Origin: Pseudonocardiaceae bacterium
Lineage (GTDB): Bacteria; Actinomycetota; Actinomycetes; Mycobacteriales; Pseudonocardiaceae
Length of the DNA: 41,127 nt
Assembly (NCBI GenBank): GCA_050699675.1
Contig: JBOHFU010000001.1
Span: 1 to 41,127, forward strand
Direction: 5' to 3'
Shown one piece after another: positions 34,114 through 41,127 of this stretch; within the stretch, counting starts at the first letter, position 1, and each line of letters opens with the position of its first letter. Position numbers and translations under genes: made by a program. Under the pieces are notes generated by a model, which did not search any database, was not told the DNA's origin, and was given only the letters and a program-made list of their open reading frames with translations.

Positions 34114-34857
34114 TCATTTCCTGTCGCCTCGCATAAGATGGAGATTCATGATGTGCATCACGAGATCACCGGCATTTACTCCCAGATTGTCACCCACCCA
34201 GAGAAGCAGTCGAGACGCCAGATAAACGTCGTTACGGAAATGGCGCACGAAATCGCAGGACCGAATCATGTATGTCACATTCAGCATTTCCCGAACAGGA
34301 TCGTACTGGAAATGATAGCCCAATGTGCAGGGAACTCGTCGATCCAGTGCGCCGGTATCTTCGGGGAACCAGATGGGAAGATATGCCTGTCGAGTGAGGA
34401 GATTGTTTTTCAGCAGAACCAGCACATCATCCATATCTCCGTAGGAATAACGAATTCCTCGCCTCACATCATCCGCCTGATCGTACACTGGCCAGAATCG
34501 TTCGGGATATGTGTGACTGAATCTCCCCGATTCGTCGAGGTGAATTCCATTATTTCCCTTATGCCCAGACCACTTCTCATGCGAGGGGGGCGGATTGTAT
34601 GGAATGCCCGACACTCTTTCAACGAAATGTTCATCCGCCCATGGAAGTTGTGGCTGCACTTCTTTTCGAAGAACTGTCAGATGCGGGACTGAATACACAG
34701 CGGTGACATTCAGGAGCTCGAATACATCATGATGACGGGAATCTGAAACGTCGAGTGATTGCCATGATCCCCGAGTGACTGGCTGCTTCCGCAGAATATC
34801 CTTTTCCAGATTTCTCCACAAGGACTGAAAAGATCCACTAATCCGGTACTCCGTCAT
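34114..34857 (-). CDS. Thymidylate-synthase-fold enzyme (ThyA-like; methylase versus hydroxymethylase unresolved)
   Basis: VPCTLGYHFQY (nucleophile loop), IRSCDFVRHFRNDVYLASRLL (compare [20 protein letters not shown]) and MNLHLM (compare GDTHLY). Confidence 0.7.
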   Translation of the reverse strand: MTEYRISGSFQSLWRNLEKDILRKQPVTRGSWQSLDVSDSRHHDVFELLNVTAVYSVPHLTVLRKEVQPQLPWADEHFVERVSGIPYNPPPSHEKWSGHKGNNGIHLDESGRFSHTYPERFWPVYDQADDVRRGIRYSYGDMDDVLVLLKNNLLTRQAYLPIWFPEDTGALDRRVPCTLGYHFQYDPVREMLNVTYMIRSCDFVRHFRNDVYLASRLLLWVGDNLGVNAGDLVMHIMNLHLMRGDRK

Positions 34858-35782
34858 AATTCAATTCCACCTTATCTGGATCGGGCTCTTTTGCTTTCTT
34901 CGCAAATTTTATCGTAAGGTCTTCCACGGACAAAGACGGCAATGGAGCAAACCTTTTGTTCGATTCCGTTTCGTAATCCTCTCCATATGGATAGCCATAG
35001 ACCTCAGTATGCAACCTCTTTCGGATTCGACAGAATGTAGCATAGGTCATTTCTTCGTACAGTTTGCCGCTGTTATCCATTGCGTCGATTTGATCAAACC
35101 ACTTTTTGGTGTGAAAGAATCCCGGACATTCCTCTCTCCCCAAATCCATTGCCCAGAATTCTTCTCTTCTGTCTTCGTCACCGAGTATCCAAGCCATTGA
35201 TCTCATTGGGTGATACTGAGCCGCTTCGAGTTGCCAGACGAATTGCATATCCGACACTGCTATCCCAGTGATTTCGGAGACAAGCTGAGCGGCTTTATAG
35301 GCGAGTGTCAGATCGAGCGCAGCAATGTATCCCAGATATGACGTTCGGCTGTGTAGTGTGATCTGAGGGCGCGGAATCTGTCGATATGAGAGAGCGAGCA
35401 TACAGCTCCCCCATCGTCGTGTAACGCCTCTTCCCGACTGACGCGGCTTCACCTCGTTCATTCTCATGGTGGCAATGCCACGTGCATTCTTCTTAGGAGC
35501 TATTCCCGCAGCGATTGAGTCCAACCAGTAATCAAGTGCGCCGGCGTTCAGATACTGATTCACCATCATGGACCATCGATGACGGGTAAGCCACAATGTC
35601 TTCAGATCGAAATCCCATTGAAACGACTTGGCAGAAGCAATGACATTGTGCATGGATACGGAAATAGAAATGTCATCGTCTACCTTGCTTCTTTTACTGT
35701 ACACCAACTCCTCGAGAATTCCTTCATGCAATTCCGTAACTGTGGGGTATCGAAAGGTGTGGATCACCGTAGATCCTCCCAT
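34838..35782 (-). CDS. Second, highly divergent TS-fold-like protein (tentative)
   Basis: Only a skeletal match: WGSCMLALSY, LHSRTSYLGYIAALDLTLAY, FVWQLEAAQYH. It overlaps both neighbours by about 20 nt. Confidence 0.4.
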   Translation of the reverse strand: MGGSTVIHTFRYPTVTELHEGILEELVYSKRSKVDDDISISVSMHNVIASAKSFQWDFDLKTLWLTRHRWSMMVNQYLNAGALDYWLDSIAAGIAPKKNARGIATMRMNEVKPRQSGRGVTRRWGSCMLALSYRQIPRPQITLHSRTSYLGYIAALDLTLAYKAAQLVSEITGIAVSDMQFVWQLEAAQYHPMRSMAWILGDEDRREEFWAMDLGREECPGFFHTKKWFDQIDAMDNSGKLYEEMTYATFCRIRKRLHTEVYGYPYGEDYETESNKRFAPLPSLSVEDLTIKFAKKAKEPDPDKVELNYDGVPD

Positions 35783-36318
35783 TCTCTCACTTGCTCGATT
35801 CGACGCTCCACTCTCTCTACCACCCGAGACTGAGATTGCGGATTACTGTAATCATGTTCCATTACCAAAAAATTGCTGAGCGGGAATCTGAACAGAAGAT
35901 CCCAGAATGGAAGAGATTCATCCTCGATCATATTGTCGGGCGGTCGACAGTATACAATCAATGCCATTGTACGGAGACGATTTACTAGGGGACTAATACC
36001 CGGGTCCATGAAATGAGGAGAAACTCCCTGTCTGTGCAACGGGCCATAGATGTACTCCCGGAAAATAGGATGTCCTTCATAAACTCCCATCGGCTTTTCC
36101 GGCCACAGTCGAAGATCTTCCAGAATCTTCTGAATAGGAACGTCTCCTAATGTCCCGAATTCATGGAATGAATGATGAACAGGCAATGCAAGCTGAAGAG
36201 AGAATTCGTTAACCAGAGTCGTTTTCCCCGACTTATCCGGCCCTTCGACAACCACCTGTGTCCATCCGGGAGGGAATGGGGGAGGAGTGCCTCTTTCGTT
36301 ACCGATTCTCCATTTCAT
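35764..36318 (-). CDS. P-loop dNMP-kinase-like protein, paralog B
   Basis: VVVEGPDKSGKTT Walker A, VYEGHPIFREYIYGP and IVYCRP. It aligns block by block with 36299-36820. Confidence 0.6.
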   Translation of the reverse strand: MKWRIGNERGTPPPFPPGWTQVVVEGPDKSGKTTLVNEFSLQLALPVHHSFHEFGTLGDVPIQKILEDLRLWPEKPMGVYEGHPIFREYIYGPLHRQGVSPHFMDPGISPLVNRLRTMALIVYCRPPDNMIEDESLPFWDLLFRFPLSNFLVMEHDYSNPQSQSRVVERVERRIEQVREWEDLR

Positions 36319-36820
36319 TGGCTTTCCACCTGCTCAGATGAGTTCGGATAGGTTCGTCGAGAATTCCCAGCGAATGAATGTGGTAACTGAATTTGACGTG
36401 TGGGATTCTTCTGAACAGTCGGTCGTAGGCATGGACGATCCGACGAAGATTGGCTACGATCTGCGGCGATTCATCCACAGTATTAGCGAGGATATGGCCC
36501 AGAGTGGGACGACAATAAATGATAAGCCCGTCGAGCACCACTCTCATCAGGAGAAGCTTCATTGCCTCACGGTCGTAGAATGCCAGTTCCATCTGCTGTC
36601 TGAGAATAGGACCGTGAATTCTTTCGCCTATCAACGGAAATCGATCGTAAATCTTGATCGGGGAATTGATCTGCCAGGTCTGAAGCTCGTCAATCATCCA
36701 TTGATAAGCCGATACTTCGGATTCCATATCACGCTTCACAGGAATCAGTTTATACATTTCCGACAATTGTTTCACCAGTGTTGTTTTGCCCGATCCGTCA
36801 GGGCCTTCCACGACGAGCAC
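36299..36820 (-). CDS. P-loop dNMP-kinase-like protein (thymidylate-kinase-like), paralog A
   Basis: LVVEGPDGSGKTT, IYDRFPLIGERIHGP (compare the TMK DRY..S..AYQ block) and IIYCRP. Confidence 0.6.
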   Translation of the reverse strand: MLVVEGPDGSGKTTLVKQLSEMYKLIPVKRDMESEVSAYQWMIDELQTWQINSPIKIYDRFPLIGERIHGPILRQQMELAFYDREAMKLLLMRVVLDGLIIYCRPTLGHILANTVDESPQIVANLRRIVHAYDRLFRRIPHVKFSYHIHSLGILDEPIRTHLSRWKANEMENR

Positions 36821-37097
36821 GTAATCTCACCTCCACTGCGGACAATGCCACATTGGCAACTTGAATCCATTCCGCGATGATTCGATCTTCCCCCTCATTT
36901 TCCACCATCGCTCGTGCAACTTCTCCCAGCTCTTCCATTCCGCAGGCGAGAACGTATTCCGGAGTTTTCTCTCCGTTCAGAATAGATCCCTTGCCGTGTT
37001 TGCGATGTGCTGCGAACGCTTCAGTCTGGAGTAACTCGATTACGTCTTCCCCGATCTCAGAGGTAAATGTCGAATCAACAACCCTTATAAAACGCAT
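36798..37097 (-). CDS. MazG-like nucleotide pyrophosphohydrolase
   Basis: 99 aa, all-alpha, with the acidic pair motif GMEELGEVARA...NEGEDRIIAEWIQVA. Confidence 0.5.
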   Translation of the reverse strand: MRFIRVVDSTFTSEIGEDVIELLQTEAFAAHRKHGKGSILNGEKTPEYVLACGMEELGEVARAMVENEGEDRIIAEWIQVANVALSAVEVRLRARRGRP

Positions 37098-37633
37098 TGC
37101 ATGGCTCCTAACGCGCAGACGGTGGCAATAGAGAATGCCTCAGATCGAGTAATCATTCCCTGGCTGACAATGCCGGTTAATCCCATTCCCTGCTTGGTAT
37201 TGGTATTTCCCCAGTATTCGTCTTCCGCATCACCGAGTTCCTTTCCTTCTCGGAGAATCATATCCATGATCCCGCGAGGCACCATTACTCCCGGACATTG
37301 TCCGATCCAGCTTCTTTCGTGAGCGACACTGTGAACAGACACCCAGCCATTGCAGATCCAGTGCTCGCCGACGAGAAAGATCCCTCCCTCAACTCCTACT
37401 CCGAAATCAGCTTCCCTCAATTTGGCCGCATTCTCTGATCGAGAGATCGCACCGCGCAATGCCTCTCCCTCATTCATCGGCTGTGCGGGAGTTCCACCAT
37501 TCGACACCTGCTCACTGATGAATTTCAGAGGGTATGGGAGAGTTTCCGAATGCTGACATTGAAAGGCAAGAAAGCCCCTCTCCACTGCCTGCAATTTAAT
37601 GGGATTCTTTGTGCCTGTCACTACAATGGTCAT
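37085..37633 (-). CDS. YjjX/DUF84-type non-canonical NTP phosphatase (ITPase/XTPase family)
   Basis: TKNPIKLQA, GTPAQPMNEGEALRGAISRSENA, EADFGVGVEGGI and GMGLTGIVSQGMITRSEAF align with E. coli YjjX blocks [44 protein letters not shown] and GAIGVFTAGKLTRASVY. Confidence 0.7.
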   Translation of the reverse strand: MTIVVTGTKNPIKLQAVERGFLAFQCQHSETLPYPLKFISEQVSNGGTPAQPMNEGEALRGAISRSENAAKLREADFGVGVEGGIFLVGEHWICNGWVSVHSVAHERSWIGQCPGVMVPRGIMDMILREGKELGDAEDEYWGNTNTKQGMGLTGIVSQGMITRSEAFSIATVCALGAMQCVL

Positions 37634-39096
37634 ACCCTCAGCAACCTTTCCGGAGCTCTCTTTACGGCACGAACGATTCTGCCATCTGTCTGCAATACAT
37701 CATAAAGCACTTCATCCACAGTATCCTGTGCCAACAGATAGGTAAATGTGGTCGATTCTCGTGACAGAGCGATACGATCACAGGTCTGTGAATAATGCAC
37801 GAAATTGGGAGTAAGGGAGTACCAAATCATTCGAGCAGAGAATGACAAATCAATTCCGTGAGCTGCCGAGTGCGGCTGAACCACATAGATCAATGGCCCT
37901 TTGTATCTGCGCGACTTACGCATTTCCTCACCTACCTGCTGACGCGGAATTCCCCCTCGAATCTGATAGACTGGCACTCGATGGCTCTTAGCCAGTTTGT
38001 AAAGTGCATCCAACTCGGGTTTGAATCGAGCGACGATGATTACCTTTTCCTGATTGTCCATGCAATTGTCCAGAATGGGATCTAATGTCAGCAGTTTCTC
38101 CGATCCCACTCGAATGATCTTTCCCTCGTCCGACGTGACGAATCCGCCGGTGATCTGACACAGCCTCAGAATCTTAACGATTGGGTAGCTAGCTTCGGCT
38201 GTCTGAGAGGCAATCTCAGCGACCATATGCTCTGCCATGTCGTCATACACTCGTGCACTCTGCATAAGTCCCACAGGGACTCTCTGGACGTCACTGGGAG
38301 GCAGATCGAAGCACTCATCACGCGCGACGCTGAATGAATCACGCGACAAGAGCTCCTGGAATTCTTTCATGTGGCGCGGGCGTTTCCAGACTTTAACTGG
38401 CACATCGGGAATTTCGATCCATCTGCCGAAGTATTCCTTGAAATCGGTGTAGTCTTCCCATTCCTCGAGTTGCCACGGACACAGGAATTTCCACTGCATC
38501 CAGATTCCATGCGCTTTATTGGCTTTAGTGATTGGGGTACCCGTCATCAATAGCCGATGTGGGAAGTCTCTGTGCAGAGTAACAATGGTGCGCGCTGCAT
38601 GACCCGACACTCTTTGAATGTGGTGTGACTCGTCGAGCGCCGCTACTGCTTTTCCTCGATTGGCCCAACGTCGAATGTCATCACGTACTCGAATACGCCC
38701 GTTCTTTCGAGATCTGCGACCCGAGGGCAATCGTGAGCCCGGCGTGCTGAATGCCTCATAATTCACCAACACAAACAGCAGGCAATTCTTTCTAGGCTCA
38801 GGTAATGCCTGCTTCTTTCGAGCCCATCTATCCCACATAATTACGTCGTACTCATAGGGGCAATGTTCTTTGAGTTGCTGCTCCCACACATCGATGACGT
38901 GATTGGGGCAAATGATGAGCCCGCGATCGATCTTTCCTTTCAGGAAGAGAATGCAGAACCAATCAATTGCCGTTTTGGTCTTGCCAGTTCTCGGATCCAT
39001 AAGAAGAGCGCCGCCGTATTCCTGACGAATGAGCCTCTTCAATGCCCGCACTTGATGAACGTACGGTCGAGTAAGAAACCGGTATTTAAGAGCCAC
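37630..39096 (-). CDS. SNF2-family helicase/translocase
   Basis: Motif I DPRTGKTKT, motif II ALDESHH, motif III LMTGTP, and a C-terminal helicase lobe. Confidence 0.8.
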   Translation of the reverse strand: MALKYRFLTRPYVHQVRALKRLIRQEYGGALLMDPRTGKTKTAIDWFCILFLKGKIDRGLIICPNHVIDVWEQQLKEHCPYEYDVIMWDRWARKKQALPEPRKNCLLFVLVNYEAFSTPGSRLPSGRRSRKNGRIRVRDDIRRWANRGKAVAALDESHHIQRVSGHAARTIVTLHRDFPHRLLMTGTPITKANKAHGIWMQWKFLCPWQLEEWEDYTDFKEYFGRWIEIPDVPVKVWKRPRHMKEFQELLSRDSFSVARDECFDLPPSDVQRVPVGLMQSARVYDDMAEHMVAEIASQTAEASYPIVKILRLCQITGGFVTSDEGKIIRVGSEKLLTLDPILDNCMDNQEKVIIVARFKPELDALYKLAKSHRVPVYQIRGGIPRQQVGEEMRKSRRYKGPLIYVVQPHSAAHGIDLSFSARMIWYSLTPNFVHYSQTCDRIALSRESTTFTYLLAQDTVDEVLYDVLQTDGRIVRAVKRAPERLLRV

Positions 39097-39166
39097 GTCT
39101 CTTCCACCGAATCACGAGTGTGGGAAGCGGACAAATGAAATGGTAATTACTCCCTCGAAATCCTCA

Positions 39167-39562
39167 TCACTTCCTCTTCGGACAGGGGCAATACTGAATG
39201 ACTCTCTTGCCGAGCTTCTCTGCTTTCTCTGCTGTCCAACCAGAACCATATGTCTTGGACAATCGACAATGCACTCGCGCCATGTGAGTACAGGCTTTGG
39301 CGATGATGAGATCTCTTTCCTGATATCCACCCTTCCCGTGAAACTCGAATAGCGTAGCTCGAAAGATTACTAGACCATCGCCCTCCGAATAGCCGAACTT
39401 GATTGCTTCTTCCTCGACGAGAGTATCCACTCCCGGAGCTCCACCCGAGATCACCTCATCCGGCTGGTGCTTTCTGAGTAATCGACGAATGAATCGGCGC
39501 GTTGCCCTCTCGTCCGATAGATGATTGAGCACACGAGTTCCCACAATGGCGAGTCTCATCAT
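39167..39562 (-). CDS. SLOG-superfamily protein (DUF2493-like)
   Basis: LAIVGTR...VISGGAPGVDTLVEEEA is the Rossmannoid GGAxGxD signature of the DUF2493/YspA-type SLOG domain. Confidence 0.55.
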   Translation of the reverse strand: MMRLAIVGTRVLNHLSDERATRRFIRRLLRKHQPDEVISGGAPGVDTLVEEEAIKFGYSEGDGLVIFRATLFEFHGKGGYQERDLIIAKACTHMARVHCRLSKTYGSGWTAEKAEKLGKRVIQYCPCPKRK

Positions 39563-40041
39563 TACACTCCCGCTAGTGCTCGACGTGCGCCGCAGTAATA
39601 GCAGCGATAGGGTTCATCTTGGGTTAGCACAGAAACGTTACGAAGAGCACGATGCCCCTCGGGACAGTAACGAAATCGAGTTGGACGGCGGCAACGACCG
39701 CACCATTCGAATTGCGGCCCCCAGAAAGTAAAAAGAGGTATGAACACACGATGCACATCTTTTCCAAATCCTTCGACCACCCATTTGCCGGGTTCTGGAA
39801 AGATACGTGAGCGGGACGTAATGCAAATATCACGGCATTCTCCCTCTTTGTAAAGCCCGAGCGTGAATCGATAGGCATCAGGATACGATTCACACAGACG
39901 AGATCCCCATCTGCCGCTGTTCTTGAAAGCCCACACCTGCCACGGAAATCCCGATGTGCACGGAGTAGGCGAGGGGATCTGCTTCAGGTATTTCTTGTAT
40001 CTGGGCTCAGAGAGCAGTTCCGAGAGTGTGGGAGGAATCAT
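39562..40041 (-). CDS. Hypothetical Cys-rich protein (159 aa)
   Basis: ORF track. Zinc-ribbon-like CGRCRRPTRFRYCPEGH...CYYCG. ATGA-type coupling at both ends. Confidence 0.55.
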   Translation of the reverse strand: MIPPTLSELLSEPRYKKYLKQIPSPTPCTSGFPWQVWAFKNSGRWGSRLCESYPDAYRFTLGLYKEGECRDICITSRSRIFPEPGKWVVEGFGKDVHRVFIPLFTFWGPQFEWCGRCRRPTRFRYCPEGHRALRNVSVLTQDEPYRCYYCGARRALAGV

Positions 40042-40349
40042 TTGTCTCTCCAGTTAACTCCCACATTCCACGTAATGTCCAATCCCTCTGCGGGACTGGG
40101 AATGGGTCGCGGCAATGAACAGATTCTCAGCAGGGTCATTCCCGTGCTCTCGTCGTGGAAATAAATGACTCCGCGACTCGGGTCGATCTCCAGAGTGCCG
40201 GTGAAAGAATACGTCTGTGCTGTCACAGGATCTGCCTTCAAATCCACGTATGAATGCTCGATCCAGCATGCAACATCGTTGGCGAGATCTGTCGGATTGA
40301 CCGACTCGTTCTCGTCGTCGAGTGCGGTGACTTCGACCACAATCCTCAT
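40038..40349 (-). CDS. Hypothetical protein (103 aa)
   Basis: The ATG at 40349 overlaps the upstream stop (ATGA). The ORF track opens at 40370. Confidence 0.5.
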   Translation of the reverse strand: MRIVVEVTALDDENESVNPTDLANDVACWIEHSYVDLKADPVTAQTYSFTGTLEIDPSRGVIYFHDESTGMTLLRICSLPRPIPSPAEGLDITWNVGVNWRDK

Positions 40350-40564
40350 TTCATTTCCCGTTCTTTCCACTCGTCGAATCCGAATCCGAGACGGAATCTA
40401 CGTCCGCGATGTGCATTCTTCAGAGGCTTATTCTCGATTGATCTGTGGCGACAGCGAATTCCTTCTCCTGCTCCACAGCCACAAGCCTCATATCCGTGCG
40501 GATAGATCTCACGGCGATGGCGGGCGCGTAATTCTCTGTCTTCGATGAATGCGTGTCCTGGCAT
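40346..40564 (-). CDS. Hypothetical basic protein (72 aa)
   Basis: Coupled at both ends (TAATG upstream, ATGA downstream). Confidence 0.45.
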   Translation of the reverse strand: MPGHAFIEDRELRARHRREIYPHGYEACGCGAGEGIRCRHRSIENKPLKNAHRGRRFRLGFGFDEWKEREMK

Positions 40565-40734
40565 TAATTCCCCTCCTCGTCTTCCGCCTCATTCGACGGA
40601 AAGAAGTTGATTCTCTCCGTTGTGTGCTTAGCCAGAATTTCGATGGCAAATAGCCGAGCGGTCGTCTCGTCTGGAACAATCTGTGAGACTGGGTGTTGAA
40701 ATCCCTTGGCAAGCCACTTCACTGTGTAATGCAT
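40564..40734 (-). CDS. First gene of the minus-strand operon, hypothetical (56 aa)
   Basis: The ATG at 40734 is preceded by AATCGAGGGAG (reverse complement of 40742-40752). The ORF track opens at TTG 40827. Confidence 0.45.
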   Translation of the reverse strand: MHYTVKWLAKGFQHPVSQIVPDETTARLFAIEILAKHTTERINFFPSNEAEDEEGN

Positions 40735-40765
40735 GGATGCGCTCCCTCGATTGTCTGACGTGCTC

Positions 40766-40773
40766 AGTCTATC
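40766..40773 (-). promoter_or_regulatory. Candidate -10 element (GATAGACT) for the minus-strand operon
   Basis: The reverse complement of 40766-40773 equals the P1 -10 block. The TAACACT partner is not present at the 15-nt spacing. Confidence 0.3.
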
Positions 40774-40893
40774 AGTTTTGGGCCACGAGTTGGGGGTCGA
40801 GGGCTGCGGGAATTCTGTCTCCCACAATTGATTCCCAGACTAGCGGATGCTCTTGGAATACATGCCACATGACCTCGTTTTCCGCGTCCTGTT

Positions 40894-41127
40894 GAATGGC
40901 CCAGGGACGTGTGTGCTGATAGCATGTCCTGCATTCTGCTGTAAACATGAGATAACTATTCCTCCTGGTCAGAGCTGTGCGGCGGTAACTCTATGCTAGC
41001 ATGTGATAACCGTCTGCTGAGGGAGAGCCCAATGAATCTTTCTTCCATTCTGTCGGTTCTGGACGATCTGCATTCCGTGAAAGGAGGTTATAAAGCACTG
41101 TGCCCCGCACATGAGGATAATGTGCCA
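40894..41127. repeat. Terminal direct repeat, copy B (matches 1-234)
   Basis: Same 234-bp block as the window start. It carries the leader and first codons of the primase-helicase gene. Confidence 0.9.

Noticed and set aside
32056-36880. Plus-strand ORFs 32056-32655, 34063-34692 and 36287-36880, antisense to the polymerase, TS-like and kinase genes
   Set aside because: The minus-strand frames carry strong family motifs. The plus-strand translations match no motif and have no operon context.
40509-40712. 67-aa minus-strand ORF overlapping the first genes of the minus operon
   Set aside because: It is in a different frame from the ATGA/TAATG-coupled chain (40734 to 40038). Its Arg-rich translation is typical of an off-frame read.
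1-41127. Genome-wide TAG stop-codon recoding, raised by the in-frame TAG at 4097
   Set aside because: TAG cleanly terminates several confident genes (TerL, 5388-5684, 5955-6323, 11859-12236). I recognised no suppressor tRNA.
1-41127. Z-genome (2-aminoadenine) or 7-deazaguanine modification pathway
   Set aside because: MazG-like and PolA genes are present. No PurZ-like adenylosuccinate-synthetase homolog, no HD-type dATPase and no DpdA/QueCDE-like ORF was recognisable in any frame.
1-41127. Lysogeny module or tRNA genes
   Set aside because: No ORF shows tyrosine or serine recombinase motifs or a CI/Cro-type pair. No intergenic gap shows a cloverleaf-like tRNA structure by eye. A dedicated tRNA scan would be needed to be certain.

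Overview
The window is one complete tailed dsDNA phage genome of siphovirus type. The unit length is 40,893 bp. Bases 1-234 recur at 40894-41127 with one mismatch, so the contig is either circularly closed by assembly or terminally redundant.

Layout:
- **Plus strand, 136 to about 28.8 kb.** It starts with a Zn-finger/Toprim/RecA-like primase-helicase, followed by an iteron-rich origin-like gap. Next come about 25 small, translationally coupled genes.
- **Lysis region.** It holds a secreted Rpf-type transglycosylase, several small membrane proteins and an Amidase_2 endolysin.
- **Morphogenesis block.** TerS, TerL, portal, scaffold, P22-coat-like capsid, connector proteins, tail tube, G/G-T chaperone with a GGGAAAA -1 slippery site, tape measure, Dit-like and Tal-like proteins.
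- **GC-rich early region, 24.6-28.8 kb.** It opens with a consensus TTGACA-N17-TAATGT promoter. Four copies of a phage-specific promoter/leader cassette (TAACACT-N15-GATATACT) follow.
- **Minus strand, 40734 down to 28846.** This is a tightly overlapping replication and nucleotide-metabolism operon. In transcription order it encodes a SLOG/DUF2493 protein, an SNF2 helicase, a YjjX-type NTPase, a MazG-like protein, two paralogous P-loop dNMP-kinase-like proteins, two thymidylate-synthase-fold proteins, a UDG-like/3'-5' exo/family A DNA polymerase, a Cas4-like nuclease, a Sak4-like ATPase, a DUF669-type SSB and a VRR-NUC nuclease.

I recognised no integrase, repressor, tRNA or CRISPR array. The Rpf domain suggests an actinobacterial host; this is an inference.

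The most interesting candidate system is the six-gene nucleotide cluster at 34114-37633. It looks like a pathway that replaces or modifies a pyrimidine in the phage DNA. All functional calls come from motif-level reading of the translations; no database search was run.
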